Source: Pavona decussata (taxonomy: Eukaryota). Taken from it: 64,000 nucleotides of DNA. Below are positions 14,159 to 26,500 of the stretch, in pieces. The notes under the pieces were generated by a model. It worked only from the letters and a program-made list of their open reading frames with translations. It was not told the origin of the DNA and searched no databases. Made by a program: the position numbers and the translations under genes. Location of the stretch: positions 372,001-436,000 of the forward strand of contig CDRNST010000035.1 in assembly GCA_977016875.1 (NCBI GenBank), given 5' to 3'. Position 1 is the first letter of the stretch; each line of letters starts with the position of its first letter.

Positions 14159-14672
14159 CATGAATTTTTGCGTAGTTTATGACTATGTGGGAAAAGCAGA
14201 TCTTAGCAAGAGCAGTTTCGAATCTAATAAGAAAATAGGGATAACCACCCAATTGCCAGAGATAAATTGAACAACAGTAATTCTTAAAAGTTTTAAAATA
14301 CATAACACTGTATGGCGTTTTTTCCCCAAGAAAAGTAAATGGTTTTTGGATTTCAATATCCCTTGCTAAGACTTTCTTTTCCCGAATAGTCATAAACAGT
14401 GCAGAAAAATGTTTCAATTAGTAGTCATCAGAGAAGTAATCAGAGCTTTTCAGAGCATCCAGAGATGCGCGGTAGCAATAGGAGGAAGCATCCGTAAGAG
14501 AGGCTACAGTGTAGGCAATCTCGTACCAAGAGTCCATAATCTCATTGGCCAGTGGTTTGTTAACGATTAATTTTTTTGATTCGCTGTTCTGTTTAATGTC
14601 TCTGCCTTTTGATCGCACTATTTTTGCGGTGAAAAAAAAAAAAAATTACACTAACGATATTTCTGGGAAGGC

Positions 14673-14882
14673 CAATCCCGTACCCAGAGCCCTCAGGCTT
14701 TTTGGTCAGCGGGTGGGCGCCGGGAGGGACTCTGGAGAATTCGAAAAAAATTAGTTTTTTTGATTGGCTGCCCCCGAACAGTTTGCATTGTTTTACCGCA
14801 GAAATCCTGCGGTAATTAAAATCCTTGGCCCCAGACAACAAACCGCTGGCCAAAGAGTCTGAGGACTCTGTGTACGAGATTG
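14673..14882. mobile_element. MITE with CAATCYCGTAC termini
   Basis: CAATCCCGTACCCAGAGCCCTCAGGCTTTTTGGTCAGCGG ... CCGCTGGCCAAAGAGTCTGAGGACTCTGTGTACGAGATTG form inverted ends. A lone related end lies at ~14517-14550. Confidence 0.75.
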
Positions 14883-14909
14883 GGTAAAGGCAGCCTTGCC
14901 GGAGTATCA

Positions 14910-15336
14910 CAGGGTTTTCATTTGAGGCCGGAGGCCGGACGTTTCGTCCGGTCGTTTGCCATTCCACGTCCGGTACTTTGAGATCAACATTGGCGATGTT
15001 TTTTTACTACTGTATAATATATTTTTCTTACTAAGGCATCTCATGAACATACTGACTAGAGGATAAAAGAATAATCAATTACATTCTTCAAAACGGCCAT
15101 ATAACTCTTTTTTCTTTGCTTATTGAGCGCCAGCATTGCCTAGGAAACTGTTCCCTTGGTTCCAGAAACGCTGGAAATGGCGTTTCTGAGTATTTTATTT
15201 TAGAAATTTCCTGGGGGAGCATGTCCCCAGACCCCCCTAGGTGCTTGCGCCTTCGGCGCTCGCGAGGCGCCTGCCAAGAAAACATTCACGTCCGGTGCTT
15301 TCAGAAGTATGTCCGCTACTACAGTTGAAAACCCTG
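14910..15336. mobile_element. MITE with CAGGG termini and 7-bp TSD (P- or hAT-like)
   Basis: TIRs CAGGGTTTTCA / TGAAAACCCTG; direct repeat AGTATCA on both flanks. Confidence 0.8.
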
Positions 15337-18300
15337 AGTATCACCGCTGACACAAATTATAATTGCCATCTTTTGCAAAGCAGTCTTAAGGTGTTAAGTT
15401 TATCAAGCTTTAGCACAATCCGCACTTCTGATCAACATATCGCTGGCTGTTAGAAACATTACTGATACATGCGCGTTGTAATTTGAAGGGAAGAGTGCCT
15501 GCTATTGTTTTAATTTAATATATGACCCATTTTTAGCTTTACAAAGTAAACGTTTGTTCAAGATGGCGTGGGAGCTTTACAGCTATTGGCTGTATACTCA
15601 ACAATAACACCTTGTGCCTAATTACACTCGGGAGATTCAACCATGCGGAGAGGAATACCGTGGGAAATATTTATCAACTTTGGCTGATAGAAAGTCTACT
15701 ATTTGGAAGACTTTTGTGCCTTCCTCTTCAGGTATGAACAAATGTGTCAGTGAATTGTTTATAATAAGATTTAAAACGAAGATGCGCTTATCATACTGTT
15801 TAGAAATTACTTTTAATAAGTGAACAGAATACAATCAGCATCCTCCTTCAAATGTTTCAACGGGTCTGTGCTGTAAAAACTCTGGCCTTGAGTTCATTTT
15901 AATTGGCAGCGTTTAAGTCAAAGGTGTTGATTTCACTCGATTCGTCAAGGCATCACAAAGTGTTTCTGAGTTTTATCGTTTTAATAACTGTTAAATTCTA
16001 CCGTGTCCCGTTCGACATAAGTTCTAATATCAAAACTTGGCGTAATTTAGATCAGCTCTTTTTTTCTGCGCAGTTGCTTGCATAAAAATTGTATCTAACG
16101 GTAATTCACAATTTTAATACGGCTGATGGTAGAACCCTGTTTTCAAAATTGACAGCCATATCTGTTAATGAAAATATTGACATGCATTTTTCATGCTGAT
16201 TTTGGTTTAACTGACAGTTTACAACAAAGGGGCTCATAAGTCAAAAAGAATGTAACATTAATAGTTTCTCAGTTGGCTTTATCAAAGTGAACGTGGACAC
16301 AAATTTAAAACAGGGTATTTGAAGATTGGTTGATACAGAACTGATTCAAACATAACTTGTGACAAAAGCCGGTTCTTAGATTAAAGTTTTAGCATTTTTT
16401 GTATGTCACAAAAGGTGTCTTCACGCTTCAGTAAGGGGTTGATTTTTAAACAAAGCAAAACTTTACTGCGAAGAGGCATCTAGAAAAAAACCGCAACAAA
16501 AAGCAAATAAAGTTATTAAACGTCTCATTGATCAACTACGTAAGTGGTGTTTAGTCAAGAACTGTCTAGAAACAGAATGACCCAAGCACAACGACATTCG
16601 CACTACCAACTCAACATTCAAGAAAACAACAACACCGAAAGCTCACACAAGGATAACTGATAGACAGTCAAAGTAAACAAAACACTGAACTTTGGACAAA
16701 TTTTGCCTCCGACACTTCAACTGATGGACTTAATCAATTTAAGTGAGAAAACCTTAATTGTATTCCCGAATACTTCGAGATCGCGTGTTTTACCATTTAA
16801 CTTTTAGTTCATCTGACTGACACATAAGCTGTAATCTAGTAAATATTGCCAGACAATGTGCACGATCTAGCACTACTGGGTGTTTTTTCAACGAGTGTGT
16901 TTTACTTGCAATTTTTTGAAAACTTGTGATAGGTTTTCACGGATAGTATTATTGCCTAAAAATAAGGCCAAGAAAATAAAGTTGTCATCTTGGCAAGTTC
17001 CTTTATTATTCATGCTTGAAGTACCAAATGAACCATGAATTTAACATTTTTAGACACATTTTGAGTTATCAACGTAAACAGAAAAAGCTATTAACTCCCT
17101 GCAAAATCAAAACAAGTGACGTTATCAATTGCTTAATCTTGCAACTTTCTGTTTCAAGAAAACAATTACACACTTACAAAAACGTCATCATGAGAAAACA
17201 CTGGACGCAGGCCTCTGTTGCTAAGATATTTGGGATGCCACAGCATCACGTTTGTACAAGTTAAATGCATTACATCAGTAATCCTTCATTCGCGAGAAAA
17301 CTTTGTGTCTATAACAAGGGATCCTGAGATTTTCGAAATATTTTTGAAGTACAACGACTTGAAGGTGAAAGTTTCCAAAACTATTCAAAGGTGAGACAAG
17401 ATATTTCTAAACTAAAACAGTTATTAGCCGAATAATTCGCAGACTTACATTAATTCAGTAAAACATGAGAAAAAAACCCGGTTCTTCGTTAAACTAATGG
17501 AGACTTTAGTCTCTGAATATCCAGATTTAAATTGTTTAGTTGCAGTATTAATTGTTATTATCTTTCTTCACTGTTAACTTTTTTTAACCTCCAAAATGGA
17601 AGACTGAAGACTGAACGGTTTCATGTCAAGTTGTTAATATTTTATGAAAACCATGTTGGCCTCTGGAGACTTCAATCTTTCTATGATGACCAAGTAGACA
17701 AAAAAAAGAATACACTCATAGCTATTTTTAAAAGGCGAAACAAAACTCGTTTTTTCTGCATTGCTTTATTATTTTTTCCAGCAATATGAAAATTTTATGC
17801 ACGCAGACATTGAAAGGAATATTCTTGAACGCCATTTGTGCTATTTATAGAAATAATTGTGATTGGTAAACGAACCGCGCAATGCAAATGCTATAACCGG
17901 CAGATTAAATTCCGCTTGTCATTTGTTTTGCGATGTTTTTATTCCAAACGACGTGCAAGGTAGAAATTTAGACTCTGTTACAAAATGAAGTTTACTTTTG
18001 TTGATATATGGCGTCTTGCAGGCATAATTTTCCCTTGTGAAAAAGACACGTCTCGTGGATGTTAATTTGAGTCATAATACATCCGGAGTGATAACATGTC
18101 ATAAGCTGATGAGGCACCTGTCAAGCGATAATATTACAATTCAATACCAGTATTTAAGTGAGCTCCTCCTCGAATTAAATTTGCAAGTCCGTAGTGAAAC
18201 AATCGCTGCTACAATTCTACAACATCGCATTAACACAACCTGATCTGAATCCACAGGATCTTCTGACCATTTCAACAGCTTGTCTGTCGAAGGTACGAAT

Positions 18301-18968
18301 TTCTTATCATCGAAGCACTTCAGTACAATTTGAGATGTAGATCGGCGATAAACTGAAGGATATTTTCAAAAATCATTTATGAGGAGGAACAAAAAGATTT
18401 ATACTTTAACTTTTGCGAACGTTTTGTTTAGTATTTGTTATTTTACCCATTGTTTATTCCAAGACTGCTTTGTCATAAACACCCTCTGTTTCGTGATGTA
18501 TACAAATTTTCGTATCTCACAGATTTCAGAGTTTTCCTTTCGTCGGATAACCGGAGAAATCAGTCGTAAAACAATGTAAAAGCGTTGGTTTTAACACCAT
18601 CTGCAAAATTAAGGCATTTCCAAAAACATTTATCCTTTTTTGTTAACACAAAATCTTCGCACAGTCAAAACAGTATCCCTCTACTGCAGTCATTATCTGC
18701 CAATATTCACCATCTAGACAGGTGTATGTCTCATGATATAGAAATAAAAAACTAATTGCACTGGTATAAAGGTAGTGTTTTCCTAGCTGCATCGAAAACA
18801 TTTTTCGTTATATTCGCTGTACGTATATTGCAGACTCGTAAGTTCGAAGAATTTCAGACTAAAATTACTCCAACCCTGCTTGCAATCTCTCACAAAGCAT
18901 TGTGAAATAACTGTGTCGCCTTTGCCACATCCGGTAAACTACTTTCCCGCTTTTCTCTGACAGGTATA

Positions 18969-19069
18969 ATGGAACTTTGGTGGATCATTTTGGCTGGCTG
19001 CGGAGGCGGACTGCTCCTATTTGCATACGTGGCATTTGTCGTGTACAAAATAGTTCGACATAGAAAGAG
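18969..19069 (+). CDS. Gene B, first coding exon: N-terminal transmembrane anchor (MELWWIILAGCGGGLLLFAYVAFVVYKIVRHRK-R)
   Basis: Acceptor ttttctctgacAG at 18962-18963, ATG at 18969, 101 nt, donor AG|GTGAGA. Hydrophobic helix followed by a basic stop-transfer cluster. Phase 2 matches the next exon. Confidence 0.85.
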
Positions 19070-19629
19070 GTGAGACTGTTACGCTACATTCGACTTCCTG
19101 TAACTGTTCACGGACTCAAACATACAGTGTTGCTTCAGTGAAATTTCAATTGGCTGTTGGACGTTCAAATTTAAAAGATAGATTATTTGACAGCTGAATC
19201 TTACTCATCTATTAGCTAAAAAAAACTATTATTATACAAGACAATTTTTATAGCCCTGGAATAGCAAACACAGGCAATCTCGAGTAACTTTTAATATTTA
19301 TGTGTCATAAGTGACGAAAATAAATGCAAATTTGCACCATCTTTTTTTTTATAAAGGGCTATGATGTTTGAAGTAGAGGGACGCTATTCCTTACACTACT
19401 AATAAATTTCTAAGTATTAAAATCATGGACAGTCATTTCGGTCTTTGCCGGTCGCATCATATCGTAATTGATGTCCAACAACCAATCAGGTTTGTTTACC
19501 AGAGAAAGCAACACGAAATACTGGGAGACAGAGGCCTCTTTACATAGTGTGAGGTTATCCTTATACTGATCAAGTATTTGCGTGTATTATTGGCGTTTTG
19601 ATTCATTATCTTGTTTGCTTTGGTTGCAG

Positions 19630-21907
19630 GTCACAACAAAGAGATCCGGAAGGTCTGACATACGATCAAGATTGGACGGTCCATGTCAAAGAACTTATAG
19701 AAAGGAGGGAAGATGGTCTGTGCATGGATACTATATCAGGGTCCACCAAACTACGTCGTAAGTCCATGATTCCAGGTGACCCTGAGGCGGTCCTGCAATC
19801 TGTTACCCCATTAAGAACGCCAGCAATGAGCCCAAAGAACAACCCCGAAGACAAGCAGGACGGAGAACAGGCCATAGCAAACGGCACTTCATGTGTTAAC
19901 GAGGAGCCTGGATCTAAAAGTAGCAGTCCTGAAGTTTTCAAAAGGACTGAATACACCTGGGAGAAGTTACTGCGTCATCCTAGTAATACAAAGATAAGAC
20001 GAAGTCAGACCTTTCACTACAACCTCTCAGAGCACAGGCCATCCCTTCGTTCACTCAATTTTGACAGAGAAGTCGAAGGACAACGTGACATGACTAGGAG
20101 TAAATCTCTCAGGGGATACAGACATCATGGATCGCCATCAAGCCAAGTATTTTCTGCCGATGCACCGTCGCCAATTACCGGAATTACTGTCTCTGGAAAA
20201 AGTGTAGACAGAGTGAAGGAAAGAAAAAGCCTTGAAAAATGTCCGGCAGATAGTCACTCAGACACCAATGTTGCAGAAGCCACGGCTAACAAACGGCGGA
20301 TCCGCAGATCAGGGTCTGCACCCTGTAAGAAAGCCAAAGAAACTGTTGTCAGACGCGAAGCCGAAGACCCTCCAAGAAAAAGAAGTGAATCTCTTCGGTG
20401 GATTCCAGAGCCAGATTACCAGTCGGTGTCGATTGAGGAGCTTGTCAAAAATAGGGAGCAAACCAACGAAAGAGCTAGCGTTGAGAAACGTTTAGAACAT
20501 CAACAACCTGCCACCAACGGAGAATACGAAAAGGCTATTACCGCTAAAAAATCCAACTCTAAGGAGACAAACAAACAGGTCAGCAGATCCGGGTCTGCAC
20601 CTTCCGCCCAAGCCAAAGAAAGTGTCGTGCGACGTGAAGCAGACGAGCCTTTGAGACAAAGAAGTGTATCCCTTCGTTGGATTCCAGAACCAGATTACCA
20701 GTCAGTGTCAGTAGAGGAACTTGCTACAGCAGCTCAAACCCGCGGCAAGGATAGCATTGGAAATCATGTGTGCCTGGTGGAGATTCATAGTCCACCAAAG
20801 GGTAGTAAGTCAAACGTTAGTACGTTTGTCGGTACTGGTGAGATTGGCAATAGTCTTCAAGAGGTATCCATATCGCCAGGCTCTTCAGGTAAAACGTCAA
20901 AGGCACCACATAAAGGCCAACAGGAAAACGCCTCAGGTGATTCGGTCAGCAAACTCCCCTTACCGGGTGTGGCACAACGTATACCGACAGAAAGTATTGT
21001 TGAAAGTGACAAGACCACAGAAATGAGTAGTGGAACAGGAATCGAGACAAAAGACACCAAAGAGGACACTGTTTCAGTCAAAAATCGCATCCAAAACTTG
21101 GAGAGCCAGACTGCCCCAGGGAAAACAAATTCTGGCTCCCGCCAAGGCAGTCCAACAGAAACTAATTTGGTAGACAGCGCAGCCAATTTAGCAACATCCA
21201 TGGGTAACAGTAACGATAAACCAAAATCGCTGAATTCGAACGAAAAGCCATCAGCCAATATCGAAGTTGCGAAGGAAGAACCCAAAATCGACAATAGCCC
21301 GGCTGTTCTGCCATCGTCGATGAGCAAAAAACCCGCAGTCAGATCGATTGGTAAAATGAAAATAGTGAAAAGTGACGATACCCCTGCTTGGTTGGTGAAT
21401 CAAGAACGAACTCTTAAGCACCCAATAAGAGATCAACTATCGCAGGGTTTGCTAAGAACGTCATCCGCAAAGACGAACCAATTTACAGATCAGTCATCGA
21501 CATCAAATGTGGTCGTTCTTGACAACAAAACTGCGGCGCCACGACAAAGCACAAGCGACCTAGTAAGGGCCGCATTAAAGAACAAAAACAAAAGCAACAC
21601 CACTGATGACAACAATAACCTCATCAACGTAGAAGCCCAAGGTGACGACGCCAAAGAACCAATTTCACCACGAAATGAGTCCGTGAAAGACCAAGATACA
21701 TGCAATACAGTAACAAAAGATGCAGATACCGGTCTCAGTTTAGAAGAAAAGAAGAAAAAATGGAAACGCGAGCAGATTGTCGATCAACTTCAAAGCGCTC
21801 GACAAAGGAACTCGAACCAGAACTACGTATTTGGCACTGGTCTAGCGTATCAGTCTTGTATGCCAGAACTCCAAAAAAAACTAAAGCAACTGACTCTTTC
21901 CAAGTGA
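19630..21907 (+). CDS. Gene B, second coding exon: long disordered cytoplasmic tail (full protein 792 aa), uncharacterised type III membrane protein
   Basis: 758 stop-free codons after acceptor ttgcAG at 19628-19629. S/K/E/T-rich with an internal ~52-aa repeat. AATAAA at 22592-22597. Confidence 0.9.
20287..20722 (+). repeat. Two copies of a ~52-aa coding module in gene B
   Basis: RSGSAP..AKE.VVRREA..P.R.RS.SLRWIPEPDYQSVS.EEL at ~20287-20443 and ~20569-20722. Confidence 0.9.
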
Positions 21908-23025
21908 CCAACAAATTGCACCAATTAACAATACAGATTATCTTGGCAATATCCAATATTGACCTAAAAATAACCCTAAAAAGGTAAATAACCTTTGATA
22001 ATCCAGATAATCTAGAAAGGTCTACTAACACTTCATTTCTGTCGCCAAGACAGATATAAATACGTTCTTTAGGACAACCCGAATAATAGCTTTTCACTAT
22101 TCATACAAGACCTTAAAATTGAAGTATGAATTAATACACAGTACAGTACGAGTAAGCCGTTTGAAACGAAGTGCGTATCCTTCTCCGTACTAGAGCCATA
22201 TCCTTTACTGATCAGTAACAAAAAGGATCGAGATCTACAGGAAAATCGCCAGTAAAATGGTCGTCACTCCAATCCAATCTACGTACGATAAAGTAGACAG
22301 TAACTAAGAAAGTCCAACCAACCAACTAAACAAACAAAATAGATAGCATTGATAAGTACTGAAAAAAAAGTGACCGCTGTGTGTGTGTAAGAACTTAGCA
22401 GTTGAAAATGAAGCCCATTTAGGGGGTCATTTTAGTTGTTGCTGAATTGTGTTGTGAACGTATCTTATCAAGAGCACAGAAGTAATCGTACAAACAAATA
22501 ATATTTATTTCTCGATAATTTTCATGTACAAAGCTCGCTGAATGCTTATAGTCTATTAAGCTCTATTGTACTGGCCGTATTTCGTAGTAAGAATAAACGG
22601 TACAGACATTGGAGCTGTACCATTTGATGACTCTTGCCCACTCATGAAAATCGCGATTTTTGGGATCATGGTCATTTTGGGTATTCAAATTCTGGAATTA
22701 GACCATTCGAGCACACCATACAAAGTGAGTTTTGCATTAAGCTAACAAACAAACAAAAAAACAAAACATACACAGATATTTTTCAGGATCCCTTATGTCA
22801 GCTATTTTTCGGAACAAACCAAATTCTATTTGCTATAACATCATTAGGTCGTGTGTGAAACTCGCTTTTCATTTAAGCACTTATTGGGACATCATTATAG
22901 CTCATGCCTGCAAACGCAACCTTACTCCACAAGAGCAATACTTCAGTGATAAGGCAAGAGCATCGAAAGACGATAAGGAAGGGATTGAAACCAGTCACCT
23001 ATCAGGATTAGGGAGTAAACACCAG

Positions 23026-23263
23026 GCCCCAGTTGTTCAAAGCCCAATAAAACTAATCCTGGGTTAACTTGAACTTTGATTTGAGTTCAATTACTAATCA
23101 AAAAAGAAAAGATTTTTGTTCCTCAGTTTTGACTTAGAGATTTTTTTACCATTGGCCTAAAGTTAGCTTTCAAAACCATTTTAAGCGAGCCACATGAAAA
23201 GCTCGGTTAACTTTCAACTATCATGATGGATTAGCGTCAATCACAATTTCGAGAAACCGGGTC
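23026..23263. mobile_element. PIF/Harbinger-like MITE (degenerate)
   Basis: Ends GCCCCAGTTGTTCAAAG / TTTCGAGAAACCGGGTC with a CAG 3-bp TSD. Confidence 0.55.
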
Positions 23264-23538
23264 CAGGAAAGCAAACAAAAATTACTCGATTATTCAAGAT
23301 TACGAAAACTTTTTATCGTCTTTCTATATTCCAACTTTTATTAGAGCAAAACAAAACACGAAGTCTTTGACTTGACAGCCATTGATGACAACTTTCAGTT
23401 GGCTGCAAAACATTAATTCACTTCAAAATACCTTAGACAACTATTTTACTTAGGCAAGACCATTTTTATATGAAGTTCATTGAAGACGGCATGTTTTCGT
23501 TTCCTTATCCTTGTTGTCTGCGAGCTAGTTGCTATTCT

Positions 23539-26500
23539 TCACCGCCATTGTGAAAAAGAAACACCGCTGGGACTTCTGTAAAGAGACAAATGACAAATTT
23601 AAACGACAGAAAAGTATTTCAACACACATAAAAAAGCGGAAAAAGTACTGAATTACATGAAAACTGTGGCGACCACTCGCTGCCGTAAAAATCGCCCTTT
23701 AACGTTTATCGTTCGAATGAAGTGGGATTCTTTGAAACTTACTGTGAGCCTCCACCAAACGAGCCAAAGGAAGGAGATTGCTGCTGCTGCTGCGGCTGAA
23801 TACTCCCAAACCCTTGAGTCGGGGACTGACCAGCTAGGGCTCCAAACGAAGGAACATTAGCCTGAGATGCCAAGGAACCAAACGTTGGACTACCTGAAGA
23901 TCTGTGGAGGTAGACGACAACTTCACACGCTATTTTTTTAGGACTGAACAGTCGTGGTAAGACAGGCATTTTTAAGGTAGCCCTGGCTCTTTAGGCTAGT
24001 AACATACAAATCTTGTGAAGAAATGTGGTGTTATATTTTAAGCCTGGTTGTGGTCTTCGCACACTGGCAAGCGATTTATTGTCTACCGTTTGAAAGCCAC
24101 TGGTGTGTGGAGGAGGCAGCCCTTTCTGACCGTTAATTTCAAGTCTTCTGCAAGTTCCCTGTGATTTTGCAATACAAATTTTCTGCCAAAACTGTTATTT
24201 ACTGTATATCAATTCGCTAATCAAACGGTACTCTAACCGTAAACAGTAATTGCACTTAGAAGGGAATGACCAGACTTTTGGGGGGATAAAGCCCACACCT
24301 ACTGCATCATCAAATGACAAAGGATATAATGATTGTAACCAATAATTATAGATTTAGTACCACTATTGTTGTAAGTTATTTCTGAAAAACCGCTTTAGGG
24401 ATTGAGCTAAAAGGTTATATTGGATTGTATTGCACAAACGGAAATGTTGCGCTCTGAGGCTATTTACATCTCTTGAAGTTAAATCCTGATATTTTGGTAT
24501 CATAAAAATATGAAAAATAACCGTCTTTTTCAACTAAGAATTGAGGGTCCGACACGTATTTAATGAGTGACAGAACTGTACTGCTATAGTAAAAAAGGTT
24601 AAGATTAACTTCTTTTCATGAGTTAATAATTCAGGAAGAGAAAACAAAGGAAAACACTACAATGGTTCGATCTTAATTATCATAAAATTCGGTGAACTTT
24701 TGCTTTCAATTGCCCCAAAAATTCATAATGGTTTTAGAAACTATATCAACGCTCGAAACAGTGCTTCAACCGATTTCTAAACAACTCGAAGGTGGTTTAA
24801 AAAAACTCGGTTGTACCTGTTTTTTTTTTTTTTCAACTCATTTTTCGGTGTTTGGAAATCGGATGAAAGACTCTTTCGCGTGTTTGATATATTACTTTCT
24901 AATGGTGTATTTAAAGATTTAAAGACGTTTGTGAAAGAAACTTACTGTCCAAATCCTCCCGCACTTCCTGCACCAAAGATCCTAAAAAAATTAAAAGCAC
25001 CTACAATTTATAAACAAAGAAGCGGATTTGCTAAAAATGAAAGAAAAAACATACATTATGGGAAGTTTTCAAGGAAATTGCTGTTGAAACTATCATAAAC
25101 TTTTACTGCCTTGATATTGCAACGTTTATAAAATGCCCACAAAATGGGCGCTTATTGGTAGGGCCAGATGAACAACATAGGACTCCAAGTTATTACAAAC
25201 AAATATTCACTGAAGAATCTACATTTTCACTATCAGGATCGGCAGTTTCCAGACAAACACTTCGAAAATGATAACAAAAGCTCCTGACACTCGCTGGACG
25301 CCTTTGCTCTGTAATGAGGTTGCCACTATTGCATGGAGCAACAGCGTGCACCTGATTGTACAACGTACCCCCCAGATGGAGTGGCGCCCGGGCCACCTTG
25401 AGGAGAGCTGCCAAATGCTGGGGCGCCTCCAAATGAAGGACTTGAACCAAATGACGGTGCACCACCAAACGCTGAAGCTCCGGCTGAGGGTGAACCAAAA
25501 GGCTGCGATGAACCGAACCCTGAACTGCCGCCTGAAAATCACAAGGTAAGCTTTATCAACAATTAATGGAGAGCAAACTCAGAATGTCCTAAATTGTGTT
25601 CATTGCAGTGGCGTTTCTTCGATGAAATGAAACAAAATGAAAAAAAAATGGTTGACATTAACATTCCAAGTCGTCCGAGACGGGAATGGGTTGGCCTACA
25701 TGTATGACTTCATTTACAACTTATTGACCTGTTCTAAGTGATTATAATCCTGATTGGCACGCGAGCATTAAAACCAAATTGTAAATAACTTCTAGTCAAC
25801 TACACTACTTACCAGGAGATGATGCAGTACCGAAGCCAAAACCAGAAGACAACACACTTCCGCCTTGTGTACTGAATGATCCTCCAGTGAACCCGCCTGA
25901 AGACTGGGACCCAAATCCTGATTGAGAAAACGGGCCACTGCCAAGAGAACTCTGGAAAACAAACAAGAACAGCATATTGATGATTGTGAAACAGCCCTTA
26001 AACCAACAATAGTGGAACAGTATAACAACCATGGTTAAATTCTAAAATGCATGAAAGAGGCTTAAAATTGACGTTACTAAAAAGCACTTTTTTTAGGTGG
26101 CTACCGCCATTCACATTTTTATTTTTTCCTATGAGTACTTTGGTACTCTCGAGATGTAAACGGTGCAATGTACAAACCTTGAATATATCATCTCCAGACT
26201 TCCCACCAAACAATGACGGCTCTAACATGGGGAAACAAAAAAAGAAATAAACAATGTCACTTACTGGCACAGCAATTCCAGAATGCATTGACTACCATGC
26301 TGAGTGGGTTTTGGACAAATAGTTTGAAAGACGAATTGGTGGGCAGGGTTAAAACTAGAAAACTAGAGAACAAACTAGGTAAGAGAGTCAACTATTTTTA
26401 AGATGCTTCCTAAGTTGCTGCCACGCTGTCACTCCCTGCAGAAAATCATGATACAAAAGTTTAAGTACATAAAGGCAAAACAAGAACTAACGTGTGGTTG

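Noticed and set aside
19598-19629. ORF-track start MIHYLVCFGCR for gene B
   Set aside because: It is a TTG inside the intron's pyrimidine-rich 3' end; the real N-terminus is the upstream TM exon.
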